Shown: positions 1 through 9,455, counted from the stretch's first letter. The stretch: DNA of 64,000 nt from Candidatus Nanoarchaeia archaeon (GCA_035289385.1 DATDXI010000012.1:9871-73870), one strand, 5' to 3'. Made by a program: numbers and translations. The notes: generated from the sequence alone by a model not told the origin.

Positions 1-2
1 AA

Positions 3-233
3 GTGACTGACGAAGTCTGTGAGCTGATCAGGGCAGGGAAAATGTCACGAGAAGAGGGTGTAGAACTTGTCAGGAAATATGATGGAAAATGCCATCCGGA
101 ATATATCAAAAGATTCTGCAGATATCTGGAGATGCCTGAACAAGAATTTTGGAACGTAACAGAATCATACCGGAACAAAGATATCTGGGAACAGCAAGGG
201 GGAGAATGGAAATTGAAATATCCGCTTCAGTAA
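3..233 (+). CDS. N-acetyl sugar amidotransferase (WbpG/PseA family), C-terminal fragment; the 5' end lies outside the window
   Basis: The 76 aa are collinear with the C-terminus of the full-length paralog at 1863-3119 (REEGxxLxxKY ... YRNKDIW ... W-L). The ORF is open to the window edge. Confidence 0.6.
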   Translation: MTDEVCELIRAGKMSREEGVELVRKYDGKCHPEYIKRFCRYLEMPEQEFWNVTESYRNKDIWEQQGGEWKLKYPLQ

Positions 234-252
234 CTCACAGTAAATAAAAAAC

Positions 253-993
253 ATGGCTGCAACAATAGAATCAATCAAAAACAAGGATGTAGTACCACGA
301 GATGTCTTAGTGATAGATTATGGAGTTGGAAATCATCTGTCCATATTGAATGCTCTTGATTTTCTAGGTTACACATACTATGTATCCTCTAATAAAGAAG
401 ATATCCGGGCAGCAAAAGCATACATCCTTCCAGGTGTTGGAGCATTCAACGAAGCGATGAAAAATATTGAACAACTTGGCTTCCGCGATGTTTTAGCAGA
501 AGAAGTATTGCAGAAGAAAAAGCCCCTGCTGGGAATATGCTTAGGGATGCAGATCCTCGCAGAATCATCGGAAGAAAACGGCTATCATCAGGGCTTGGGA
601 TGGATAAAAGGAAACGTCGTTAAAATGAAAAGTAGCGATGTTAAAGTCCCCCACGTAGGATGGAATGATGTAACGATCAAGAAAAATGCCCCGCTCTTCA
701 GCAAAACAATAGGCAATCCTCACTTTTATTTTGACCATAGCTATCATATCAGCTGCGACAGTTCCATCATCTCTGCAACTTGCTTTTACGGCACAGAAAT
801 AACGGCAGCTATCCAGCAAGAGAATATTTTTGGCGTGCAATTCCATCCAGAGAAAAGCCAGAATAATGGCCTAAGAATATATCGCAGTTTTTTCAATTAT
901 GTGCGGTCAAGGGCTGATGGTAATCAACTAAATAAGAGAATAACAGATCATGCCCCTAAGAAAAAAGAAGGTGATCACCATGCTGAAGAATAG
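253..993 (+). CDS. HisH-like class I glutamine amidotransferase (imidazole glycerol phosphate synthase subunit H paralog, AglY/WbuY-like)
   Basis: Nucleophile elbow LGICLGMQIL and the GVQFHPEKS His/Glu motif are present. There is a ~40-aa C-terminal tail that overlaps the next gene. Confidence 0.8.
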   Translation: MAATIESIKNKDVVPRDVLVIDYGVGNHLSILNALDFLGYTYYVSSNKEDIRAAKAYILPGVGAFNEAMKNIEQLGFRDVLAEEVLQKKKPLLGICLGMQILAESSEENGYHQGLGWIKGNVVKMKSSDVKVPHVGWNDVTIKKNAPLFSKTIGNPHFYFDHSYHISCDSSIISATCFYGTEITAAIQQENIFGVQFHPEKSQNNGLRIYRSFFNYVRSRADGNQLNKRITDHAPKKKEGDHHAEE

Positions 994-1858
994 GCTTATC
1001 GCCTGTCTCGTCATAAAAAATGGGATTGTCGTACAGAGTATAGGATTTTCTCGCTACCTTCCTGTCGGAAAGCCAGAGATTGCCATAGAATTCCTGAACA
1101 GCTGGGGGATAGATGAGATCATTGTGGTAGATATCGATGCCAGTAAGGAAGGAAGAACGATCAGCCGGGATAATGTCAGGAGTATCGCAAAGAAATGCTT
1201 TGTTCCCCTCACTGTTGGTGGAGGTTTTAATAGTGTTGAAGAAGTTCGCCAAGCCATACGCTCTGGAGCAGATAAGGTATCGATCAACGCTGCAGCTATC
1301 AGAAGACCTGAACTGATAACCGAGATAGCAGCAGTCCTAGGCGCACAGAGCGTTATCGTTTCCATGGATGTGAAGGTTAACCAACAAGGGAAGTATGAAG
1401 TCTTTATTTCTAATGGCAAGGAAGAGACAGGCCTTGACCCCGTCAGCTGGGCAAAGAAAGTAGAAGAGCTCGGCGCTGGTGAAATTTTACTCAACTCTAT
1501 CGATAGAGACGGAACAAAGCAAGGATATGACCTTGAGCTTATCAAAAAGGTTTCAGCCGCTGTCAATATCCCTGTCATTGCCCTGGGCGGAGCGTGCCAT
1601 CCGGATCATTTCTGTGCAGGGATTGAAAAAGGGAAAGCAGCTGCCGTCGCTGCGGCAAACTATTTTCATTTTACAGAGCATAGTGTCATTACCACAAAAG
1701 CTGCGATGAAGAAACAAAAAAGCATTCACCTCCGGCTGGATACCTATGCCCATTACCTCCATCTGGAGCATCAAGAAACCGACGGCAGGATAAGAAAGCC
1801 GTCGGATGATTATCTTGAAGAGATACGGTTTGAATTCCACCCTAAGGAGGAGATCTGA
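980..1858 (+). CDS. HisF-like cyclase subunit paralog (AglZ/WbuZ-like)
   Basis: HisF-type (beta/alpha)8 strings are present: MLKNRLIACLVIKNGIVVQS, DEIIVVDIDAS, PLTVGGG, GADKVSIN, LNSIDRDGTKQGYD, PVIALGG. The start at 980 was chosen by the HisF-like N-terminus; the ORF opens at 950. Confidence 0.8.
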   Translation: MLKNRLIACLVIKNGIVVQSIGFSRYLPVGKPEIAIEFLNSWGIDEIIVVDIDASKEGRTISRDNVRSIAKKCFVPLTVGGGFNSVEEVRQAIRSGADKVSINAAAIRRPELITEIAAVLGAQSVIVSMDVKVNQQGKYEVFISNGKEETGLDPVSWAKKVEELGAGEILLNSIDRDGTKQGYDLELIKKVSAAVNIPVIALGGACHPDHFCAGIEKGKAAAVAAANYFHFTEHSVITTKAAMKKQKSIHLRLDTYAHYLHLEHQETDGRIRKPSDDYLEEIRFEFHPKEEI

Positions 1859-1862
1859 TCCT

Positions 1863-3119
1863 ATGAAATATTGTACGCGCTGTGTTTATCCAGAAAATCA
1901 CCCCTTGAATATCACCTTTGATGAGCAGGGAGTCTGCAGCGGCTGCCGAGTCCATGAAGAGAAAGACAGCCTTGATTGGAAGAAAAGAGAAGAAGAGCTC
2001 AAAACAATTCTGGAAGAATACAAGAGCAAGTCAAAAGGACATTATGACTGCATCATCCCCGTCAGCGGAGCCAAGGATTCCTATTTCATCGTCCATCTGA
2101 TAAAAAATATCTATGGCATGAAGCCATTGTTAGTAAGTTATAACAAGCATTATAATACGGAGATAGGCATTCGAAATCTGGCGTACCTCCGGACGATATT
2201 TGACTGCGATATCCTCACGCAGACCATCGACCCAAAGACAGTTAAGAAAATAACCAGGGCAACACTGAGAGATATGGGCAGCATCTATTGGCACTGCCTT
2301 GCCGGACAGACCGTCTTTCCTGTGCAGATCGCAGTGAGATTGAAGATACCCTTGATCATCTGGGGAGCGCATCAGGGGATAGACCAAGTAGGAATGTTCT
2401 CCCATCTAGATAATGTAGAGATGACCCGGAAATACAGAAAAGAGCATGATCTGATGGGCTGGGAAGCGGAAGATCTTGTCAGCGAAGCGATGTACCTTTC
2501 AGAGAAAGATCTCCAGGCATTTGCTTATCCTCATGATAAAGAGATAGAAAAAGTTGGAGTACGGGGGATTTACCTCAACAATTACATCCGCTGGGATTCA
2601 AAGAAACAGCATGAAGACATGATCCAGCTGTATGGATACGAAAGTTTCCCGCAGCAGCGGACATTTGACACCTATAACGATGTGGATTGCCACTATTATT
2701 CTGATCTCCATGATCATATCAAATTTCTAAAATATGGATATGGAAAAGTGACAGACCATGTCTGCCGAGAGATAAGATTAAAGCGCATGACCAGAGAAGA
2801 AGGCATTGATCTCATCAAAAAATATTCCAACATCCCCCCTAAAAATATCCATCTGTTTCTGGATTGGTTGGGGATTACTGAAGATGGTCTGCAGTATTTT
2901 ATCGATCAGTACCGCAACAAAGATATCTGGAAGAAAAATGATCAGGGAGTTTGGGAACTGAGAGATAATATCCTCCACCATCAGCACGATCCACACGTAG
3001 ATGAAGTAAGACTGGAGAAGAAAGAAGAATGTCATTTCCAGATAACCCCTCTTAAAAAAAATCCTTCACCACATACAAGACAGATCCTTATTGGACGCGG
3101 GTTCGTTGATAGGGAATAG
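1863..3119 (+). CDS. N-acetyl sugar amidotransferase (WbpG/PseA/AglX family)
   Basis: N-terminal Cys pairs (CTRC...CSGC), the PP-loop-like string IIPVSGAKDSYF, and a C-terminus shared with the fragment at 3-233. The ATG at 1863 lies 5 nt after the HisF-like stop. Confidence 0.75.
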   Translation: MKYCTRCVYPENHPLNITFDEQGVCSGCRVHEEKDSLDWKKREEELKTILEEYKSKSKGHYDCIIPVSGAKDSYFIVHLIKNIYGMKPLLVSYNKHYNTEIGIRNLAYLRTIFDCDILTQTIDPKTVKKITRATLRDMGSIYWHCLAGQTVFPVQIAVRLKIPLIIWGAHQGIDQVGMFSHLDNVEMTRKYRKEHDLMGWEAEDLVSEAMYLSEKDLQAFAYPHDKEIEKVGVRGIYLNNYIRWDSKKQHEDMIQLYGYESFPQQRTFDTYNDVDCHYYSDLHDHIKFLKYGYGKVTDHVCREIRLKRMTREEGIDLIKKYSNIPPKNIHLFLDWLGITEDGLQYFIDQYRNKDIWKKNDQGVWELRDNILHHQHDPHVDEVRLEKKEECHFQITPLKKNPSPHTRQILIGRGFVDRE

Positions 3120-3168
3120 ATTGAGTAAAAGAAAAACGGAAGATATACTTGATCTCTCTCACGAAAAT

Positions 3169-4140
3169 CTATCTCTTTTTTCTCTTCAAAAAAAATCTTC
3201 TCAGAAGAAGAACTCCAGCAAGAGAGAGGAGTACACTGATTCCTACAATGATAAGAAAACTTCTGTTAAGAGCACGCTCAGCCCAGGAAGTGCCTGAAGA
3301 AGTTGTGGAAGAAGAGATAGCTGAAGATGAAGAGGAGATAGCTACAGAGGGTCTAGGAGATGGATCTGATAAAATATTTGAAGGATCATTTCTTGACAAA
3401 CCATAAAGACCTTTGATCTCTTCAGAAGCGAGAGCTTCCAAAACGATCATGCATTCATCGGCTATCCCGCCCCAATTTCGATACGCAAGATGTTCTTTTG
3501 TGTTACTATTTCTGGTAAACCATCTGATCTCACCATCAATTAAGTCTGATGTTCCGCATCCAGACCCAGTGCCTTCCAGAACACCATCAACATAGATCAA
3601 GCTCTTATCCTGCTTTCCATCACGAACTCCAACATAAAAGTGCCATTTTCCATCGCTCACCGCAGTTTGAGATGGTGCCCGGCAGCCCCTGCCGTCAGCG
3701 GGATTGAATGCTGGATAGAAAGTCATATAATCTTGGTCGCTGTCACGGAACAATACCTGATAAGAGTAAAAGCCATCTGGAGAAAAGCCAAGCAAAGTTT
3801 GTTCATCATTCTGATAGGTCTTGGCCCAGCAAACGACACTAAAATCTTGATCATGATGAAGAGTGATGCCTTTAGCCGAAAGGAATTGCCCCTGTTCAAC
3901 ACTTCCTATCCATGCTTCTCCAGAGATTGCATCATCAGTAAATTGAGGAGAACTTGCAGTATAGGTAAAATTTCCCGTAAAATCTTCCTTATTCCCATCA
4001 AAATGAAGTCCTGTCAAAATAGTACTGTTGTCAAATGGAAAAGAGAAGCTGAAGGTTGGAAAGAATAAAAAGAAGAACAGGAAACAGAAAAAAGGCAACA
4101 TCTTCCAGCGCAATATCCCTTGCTTCATTATGGCTTCCAT
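3169..4140 (-). CDS. Secreted, membrane-anchored LamG/concanavalin-A-like lectin-domain protein
   Basis: There is a signal-like N-terminus (MEAIMKQGILRWKMLPFFCFLFFFLFF) and a LamG-like core (GKWHFYVGVRDG...SLIYVDGVLEG). A Ser/Thr-rich linker, one C-terminal TM helix and a KRKKR tail follow. The start was trimmed from 4347 to 4140 on the signal peptide and a TATA-like box near 4163. Confidence 0.55.
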   Translation of the reverse strand: MEAIMKQGILRWKMLPFFCFLFFFLFFPTFSFSFPFDNSTILTGLHFDGNKEDFTGNFTYTASSPQFTDDAISGEAWIGSVEQGQFLSAKGITLHHDQDFSVVCWAKTYQNDEQTLLGFSPDGFYSYQVLFRDSDQDYMTFYPAFNPADGRGCRAPSQTAVSDGKWHFYVGVRDGKQDKSLIYVDGVLEGTGSGCGTSDLIDGEIRWFTRNSNTKEHLAYRNWGGIADECMIVLEALASEEIKGLYGLSRNDPSNILSDPSPRPSVAISSSSSAISSSTTSSGTSWAERALNRSFLIIVGISVLLSLAGVLLLRRFFLKRKKR

Positions 4141-4237
4141 CTCCTTTTCAACCCTCTTTTTTATGCTTAAAGAAGACAAGGTATAAATAATTTCCGCAGA
4201 ATCATAACCTGGAATTCTGTTCCCATGATAAATAATG

Positions 4238-4245
4238 TTTATATA
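4238..4245 (+). promoter_or_regulatory. TATA box (TTTATATA) about 26 nt upstream of the neuA ATG; implies a leaderless transcript
   Basis: The box centre at 4241.5 plus 26.5 gives 4268, the ATG. The same spacing recurs at more than 10 genes in the window. Confidence 0.5.
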
Positions 4246-4267
4246 CCAACTACACCATTTTAGACAT

Positions 4268-4978
4268 ATGAGCAAGCCAAACTTGAACATCCTGGCGATC
4301 ATCCCTGCCCGAGGAGGATCAAAAGGGCTTCCGGGAAAGAATATCAAGCCCTTTCTAGGAAAACCACTTCTTGCCTATACTATTGAAGAAGCAAAAAGAT
4401 CAAAGTATATTACCAAAATAGTTCTGTCAACGGATGATACAGCTATTGCCCAGGTTGGGAAAAAATACGGGGCAGAAATCCCCTTCCTACGCCCTTCAGA
4501 ACTGGCTACGGATACATCTTTAGCGCCAGATGCTTATATCTATACCATAGAGCGCTTAAAGAACGAGCAAGGATATGCTCCAGAGATTGTAGTTATATTG
4601 CAGCCAACCTCACCGCTCCGTACGGTAGATGATATCGATGCAGCGATCAGCCTTTATCTTGAAAAAAACGCAGATTCAGTAATCAGTGTTGTGGAATTTG
4701 AGCATCCCCTCGAGCGTGCCAGGATCATCACCCCAGATGGACTGCTTGAAAATTATCATCCAGGAAAAATCATCCCAAAAAATCGCGCGGATTATCAAAA
4801 AGCATATTCTCCAAATGGAGCGATATATGTCCTAACACCGTCATTGCTGCTAAAAGAGAAAACATATTACTTCTCTAAGACCTACGCTTTTATCATGCCT
4901 AAAGAAAGATCTATAGATATTGATACTCAAATAGACTTTGAGATTGCCGAATTCTTGATGGCGAAACGCAAAGCTTAA
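4268..4978 (+). CDS. neuA: CMP-nonulosonic acid (acylneuraminate) cytidylyltransferase
   Basis: N-terminal ILAIIPARGGSKGLPGKNIKPFLGKPLLAYTI and the later LQPTSPLR motif are typical of the CMP-NeuAc/CMP-Leg synthetase family. Confidence 0.85.
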   Translation: MSKPNLNILAIIPARGGSKGLPGKNIKPFLGKPLLAYTIEEAKRSKYITKIVLSTDDTAIAQVGKKYGAEIPFLRPSELATDTSLAPDAYIYTIERLKNEQGYAPEIVVILQPTSPLRTVDDIDAAISLYLEKNADSVISVVEFEHPLERARIITPDGLLENYHPGKIIPKNRADYQKAYSPNGAIYVLTPSLLLKEKTYYFSKTYAFIMPKERSIDIDTQIDFEIAEFLMAKRKA

Positions 4979-5010
4979 CACAAAACATAAAAGATAAAAA
5001 AAACAAACTC

Positions 5011-6615
5011 TTACTCCATATCACTGAAGAGAATCACTTCCTCAGGCCCTTTACTTACTTTCAGTTTTCTGCCCAGAACATATGACAGCTTATCTGGAGA
5101 AATCCCATTACCCGGGCGCTTGAAGACAAGATCTTCTTCACGAAGTACATGACCTGCGGGAAGAACCATAGCAGACAAGATGCTTCTCCTTCCCCATACT
5201 GCCACTCTACGCTTCTTCTCATCTTCCTGCAGCACTTTTTTACTCGTACCTAAGGAAGCGGCTACTTGACGAACGTCGATGACCAACTGTTTCAGCTGAT
5301 CAGGCTTTAAGGAAACGGCAGCATCTCGGCAAGGCCCATCATCCAGTTTTATATGCTTCTCAATGATGCTTGCTCCTAAGGCAACGGCAGCTGCAGGTAT
5401 AGCCGTACTGGTAGAATGATCAGAAAACCCGACGGGAACGCCAAAAGCTGCTTTGAGCATAGGAATATTTTTTAAATTATTCATCTCTGGCTGAGGAGGA
5501 TAGACAGAAATACAATGGAGAAGGGCCACTTCTTTGTTGCCTTCAGCATAGATGGTTTCTAAAGCTTGCTCAACTTCCGTCATCGTTCCCATGCCTACGG
5601 ATAAAATCATGGGCTTCCCCTGCTTGGCCACATACTTCAGCAAGGGAAGATTTGGTAAGTCAGGAGAACCGATTTTAATAAATGGAACATCCAATTCTAC
5701 TAGCCAATCGACCTGTTCTTTTCCTAACGGATACGAGAAGAACAGGATTCCTTTCTCGTCAGCATATTTTTTTAATTCCACATGATTCTGCTTCGATAAG
5801 GCCAGCTTCTTTTGGATAGCTTCTAAGCCAACGGCATCAACTCCTCCTGCAACCATCTCCTTATTGGCATCAAGCAAGGACTGAGGAAATAAGCTATTGT
5901 AATGAAACGATTGAAATTTAACCGCATCACAGCCTGCTTCTTTGGCAACATCGATCAATCGCTTTGCTTTCTCCATATCACCATTATGGTTTGACCCGAT
6001 TTCACCGATGATAAACGGCCTTTCCGGATTTGTTAAAAGTTCATAATATGATTTTGTATTTCCCATAGTATCCTCCGTAGCATCACTAGCAGCATCTTCC
6101 AAATAGACAAAAGCATTATCACGCTTGACCATGGCTCTAATCTTTGAAACAGGAAAAGAGAATGTCAGGCTCTTTGTTTTCAGATAATTGGCAATCTCTG
6201 TTTTTTTATCATCAGCAACAGTTGACTCTGCCAAGCTGAAATGGAATTCATAGTTTTCGCTGGACTCTGCTTCACGGAAATCAGTGATTCCTGCCTTTTC
6301 TTTCAGTGTCGCATGAAGGTCACGTTGGAGTTTCTTAAGGTCAGGATTTTGCTCAACTGCCAGATGGAACAGCTTCCCATCTCCCTTCACTCCTCGGATG
6401 TTGATGGTCAGAGGCAATATCCCTCTGTTGAATTCACGGATAACCTGCTTCAGTTTCTCTTCATCAACAAAATCAAAGCCGTATTTGATAGGGATATGAG
6501 GGGGATACATCCATATTGAATGCACATTGAATCTCTTAATGACATCTTGAGTCAGGGCGATGGCCCCTTCCTGGATGATCTCCGGAAGCTGAAGCGCTAA
6601 GGCATATCGGTTCAT
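5011..6615 (-). CDS. neuB: Fusion protein: N-terminal 2H-phosphoesterase-like domain (~185 aa) joined to a NeuB-type nonulosonic acid synthase with a C-terminal SAF domain
   Basis: The NeuB core carries PFIIGEIGSNHNGDMEKAKRLIDVAKEAGCDAVKFQSF and a C-terminal SAF-like segment. The N-terminal domain has two H-x-(T/S/P)-x strings (PHIPIKY and FHFSLAE) in a LigT-like arrangement. A TATA box at 6638-6646 lies 26 nt from the ATG. Confidence 0.8.
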   Translation of the reverse strand: MNRYALALQLPEIIQEGAIALTQDVIKRFNVHSIWMYPPHIPIKYGFDFVDEEKLKQVIREFNRGILPLTINIRGVKGDGKLFHLAVEQNPDLKKLQRDLHATLKEKAGITDFREAESSENYEFHFSLAESTVADDKKTEIANYLKTKSLTFSFPVSKIRAMVKRDNAFVYLEDAASDATEDTMGNTKSYYELLTNPERPFIIGEIGSNHNGDMEKAKRLIDVAKEAGCDAVKFQSFHYNSLFPQSLLDANKEMVAGGVDAVGLEAIQKKLALSKQNHVELKKYADEKGILFFSYPLGKEQVDWLVELDVPFIKIGSPDLPNLPLLKYVAKQGKPMILSVGMGTMTEVEQALETIYAEGNKEVALLHCISVYPPQPEMNNLKNIPMLKAAFGVPVGFSDHSTSTAIPAAAVALGASIIEKHIKLDDGPCRDAAVSLKPDQLKQLVIDVRQVAASLGTSKKVLQEDEKKRRVAVWGRRSILSAMVLPAGHVLREEDLVFKRPGNGISPDKLSYVLGRKLKVSKGPEEVILFSDME

Positions 6616-6667
6616 AGCTTTGTGGGAAAGAATCCCATTTATATAATTAATGAAAGTAGAACCAAAT

Positions 6668-7582
6668 TTACTTCTTCTTCAAGTCTAAATCCAATCGATG
6701 AGGCAAATCTGCATGATCGTATCTCCCTTCCTCAACCAATCCATGCTCAAACCCTCTCCAGCGGAAAACTGCATCACGATGACCAGCATCAAACCGAACT
6801 GTTGTTCCGGATGCATATGCTCGACTAGGATCCAGATATTCTGCCACTAATGGAACTATTTCCTCCAGTGAACCGCTTCGACCCAGAGTTGTTGATTCAT
6901 CAAAAGCTCGTCTCCTCGCCAAAGTATAACCTGAATCATCTACTTCTCCTTGCAAGGGATTTGAGGGAGTAATAATATTTCCAGGCTCAATCAGAACTGA
7001 AACAATTCCAGCTCTACCCCAATCAACAGCAAGAGAGTGGGCTAGAGAAGCCACTGCTGCTTTTGAGGCAGCATATACAGGTTTGCCACGATCTCCATAC
7101 CCTGCTAAAATAGACCCGATAGTAACAATATTTCCACGAACACCAGTAACTCCCCCGAATGTATCAGGAACAACTGTAGTGGGATTATTCCGTAGCATGA
7201 GACTAATTGCAAGTTGTGAAGCATGTAAAGCAGCATAAAAGTTATGTTCAAAAACACGCATAACATCTGCCTTGCTGATGCCTAAGGTATTAGTAACATA
7301 GTGTGGAACATAAGCAGTATTAACCAAACCTCGAATATCTGAATTAGTTTCTCCAATTCGCTTGAAGACCACCTTTGTTAAAGCTTCATCTGCTAGATCC
7401 ACATCATGTTTTTGGATTGTATCATTATCTGCATCAATAGAAGCCAAAACTTCTGGATCATTGGAAAGAGCAATGACACGCCCATTATGCTCGGGTATAT
7501 ATCTTACTAAAGCTCGTCCAAGACCATCACCAACACCAGCTATAATAACTGTCTTTCCTTCAAAATCAATATGAATTGCCAT
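6668..7582 (-). CDS. Short-chain dehydrogenase/reductase (SDR) with an extended C-terminus
   Basis: Gly-rich VIIAGVGDGLGRAL and the catalytic YAASKAAV motif. The start at 7582 (ORF opens at 7600) was chosen because a TATA box at 7604-7613 lies 26 nt upstream. Confidence 0.7.
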   Translation of the reverse strand: MAIHIDFEGKTVIIAGVGDGLGRALVRYIPEHNGRVIALSNDPEVLASIDADNDTIQKHDVDLADEALTKVVFKRIGETNSDIRGLVNTAYVPHYVTNTLGISKADVMRVFEHNFYAALHASQLAISLMLRNNPTTVVPDTFGGVTGVRGNIVTIGSILAGYGDRGKPVYAASKAAVASLAHSLAVDWGRAGIVSVLIEPGNIITPSNPLQGEVDDSGYTLARRRAFDESTTLGRSGSLEEIVPLVAEYLDPSRAYASGTTVRFDAGHRDAVFRWRGFEHGLVEEGRYDHADLPHRLDLDLKKK

Positions 7583-7603
7583 TTCTTTTAGATAAAACAT
7601 CCA

Positions 7604-7613
7604 TTTATAAAAA
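7604..7613 (-). promoter_or_regulatory. TATA box for a leaderless SDR transcript
   Basis: The minus strand reads TTTTTATAAAT, centred about 26 nt upstream of the ATG at 7582. Confidence 0.4.
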
Positions 7614-7698
7614 TTAAGAAAGATTAGTCCTAAAAAGTAAAGACATTTAATAAGAAAAAGTAAGTTTATTATATCTAGAGTAAATCAAATAAAAATCA

Positions 7699-8598
7699 TC
7701 ACAAATACCCCTCATCCGCCCATGCCCACCAGTACCACTGCTTATCGACGCTATTGATCTTCTCTTCGTACATCTTTAGGGTTGGAGGATTCGACAAACG
7801 TCCCTTCAGCCGCAAGATAGACTCCAGCTGTTCTTCAACAAGATCCTTATTCTTTCCGGACAAATACGTCACGGCATTGGAATACAACGCCAGCTTGACC
7901 TCTATTGCCCGAAAAATATCTTCAGAAGAGAAATGCTGCTTCATCCCTACAAGATTATGCCCATGCTGGCGATAAAAATACCTTGTCCCCTCAACCTTAT
8001 GAGCAGTATGTCCTTGAGCAAGCAGACTGAAAAAGAACCACCAGTCGCCAACGATAAGATCATCAGCATACGGCCAGACCTTCTTCAACAATTCCCAACG
8101 GACAGCTGAATGGCCAAAGCCAATAAGATGCTTCTCTATCTCATCCTCAAATTTCACTTGGCTAACACCAGCAGGAATAAAATTCTTGTTCAACAGCTTC
8201 CCCTCGTTATCAACCGCTTCCATATCCGTAAAAACAATATCATTATTTTTCAAGCCATGAATTAAAACCTCGACCCTCTTCTCATCAAAGAAATCATCCG
8301 TATCGGTAAAGATGATGTTTTCCACATCTTTTTCTTTTTTTAAAACGTCAAGCATCAATCGTCGGATATCAATGGTCCCGGCAGGATTTTTATCTACAGG
8401 AATGATTCTGACAGGAACAGTACATGTTCCAATTTCACAACCAGAATGATTATCAAACAAAAAGAGCTCAAACTGTTTTTTGGTCTGCTTATTGATGGAT
8501 TGGATATAATCTGGAAAGAAAGCTGCAACAGAGGGATGCAAGATGCCGACGACGATCGTCCTCACGTGCGTTTCACCTCTCCAGATATGTTCCCACAA
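7699..8598 (-). CDS. GT-A fold (family 2-like) glycosyltransferase
   Basis: TIVVGILHPSVAAFFPDYIQSINKQT...LFLFDNHSG and a DxD-like FTDTDDFF. An alternative GTG start at 8565 forms a GTGA overlap with the upstream stop. Confidence 0.5.
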   Translation of the reverse strand: MWEHIWRGETHVRTIVVGILHPSVAAFFPDYIQSINKQTKKQFELFLFDNHSGCEIGTCTVPVRIIPVDKNPAGTIDIRRLMLDVLKKEKDVENIIFTDTDDFFDEKRVEVLIHGLKNNDIVFTDMEAVDNEGKLLNKNFIPAGVSQVKFEDEIEKHLIGFGHSAVRWELLKKVWPYADDLIVGDWWFFFSLLAQGHTAHKVEGTRYFYRQHGHNLVGMKQHFSSEDIFRAIEVKLALYSNAVTYLSGKNKDLVEEQLESILRLKGRLSNPPTLKMYEEKINSVDKQWYWWAWADEGYL

Positions 8599-9290
8599 GA
8601 AGAACAGGAAGAGCTGTAAGAAGCTTGTGCTGCAGAAGGCTCTTTATATTTCAACAATTTAGCCGGATTCCCTACCATCACTGCATTGTCTTCAACATCC
8701 TTTAACACGACAGCCCCTGCACCGATGGTGGCATTATTTCCTATCTTTACTCCTTGGATGACAACAGACCCTACTCCCAGCCAATTCTTGCTGCCCATTC
8801 TCAGCCCGCCGCAAGGATGCACTCCGGCATGGACAAAGTTATAATCACCGATGATTGTATCATGGCTGATGCTGCAGCACCTATTGAAATAGTTAAAATT
8901 TCCAATCGTGATGTCCGCAGTAACGACACAATAGGCATTGAAGATGTTGCCTTCTCCCAGACGGACGCTTGTAGCATCGATCTGCACCGAAGGGTGGACG
9001 ATGTTGGGAAAAAAGATTCCTTTCTCCATAGATTTTAATTGTCGGACCATCTTCTCCACCACATCAGAATTTCCTATAGAAAAAGCAACGGCAACATTAT
9101 CTGCAATATTATCTAATGAAGAAAATACTTCTGCAAAGCTTCCCATGACAGGATAACCTTTGACGATGGATCCTTTCTTCAGATGATCATCATCTACAAA
9201 GCCAATGATATCATAACTCCCTACCTGCTCCAGCAGTAAGGCAATATTCTTCCCCTGGCCGCTGGCTCCGATGATGACTATCTTCTGCAT
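8562..9290 (-). CDS. NeuD/PglD-family hexapeptide-repeat sugar N-acetyltransferase
   Basis: N-terminal Rossmann-like KIVIIGASGQGKNIALLLEQ...YDIIGFVDDD followed by a left-handed beta-helix repeat region (IGNNATIGAGAVV). Confidence 0.8.
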   Translation of the reverse strand: MQKIVIIGASGQGKNIALLLEQVGSYDIIGFVDDDHLKKGSIVKGYPVMGSFAEVFSSLDNIADNVAVAFSIGNSDVVEKMVRQLKSMEKGIFFPNIVHPSVQIDATSVRLGEGNIFNAYCVVTADITIGNFNYFNRCCSISHDTIIGDYNFVHAGVHPCGGLRMGSKNWLGVGSVVIQGVKIGNNATIGAGAVVLKDVEDNAVMVGNPAKLLKYKEPSAAQASYSSSCSSCGNISGEVKRT

Positions 9291-9448
9291 ACCTCCACAA
9301 TCAAAGTACGATTAATAAAGGTTATGAATTCTATGTTTTTCACCAACATTAACGATAAAATGGTTTTACTCTCTCCCGGATGCAGCACGCGAGATGCACC
9401 ACTCAGAGAAAAAAATGAGGATGGAGATTGTCTCCAAAGTCCATAATA

Positions 9449-9455
9449 TTTATAA
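9449..9455 (+). promoter_or_regulatory. TATA box for a leaderless BKACE transcript
   Basis: TTTATAA is centred 26 nt upstream of the ATG at 9478. Confidence 0.45.

Noticed and set aside
253-1858. Housekeeping histidine biosynthesis hisH/hisF
   Set aside because: No other his genes are adjacent. The pair is sandwiched between two WbpG/PseA-type amidotransferases in the arrangement known from glycan acetamidino modules, so they are called as paralogs.
3091-3406. Plus-strand ORFs of 68 and 85 aa opposite the 3' part of the LamG-protein gene
   Set aside because: They are antisense to a gene with clear domain and anchor architecture. Their sequence (E/K-rich low complexity) mirrors the Ser-rich linker on the other strand.
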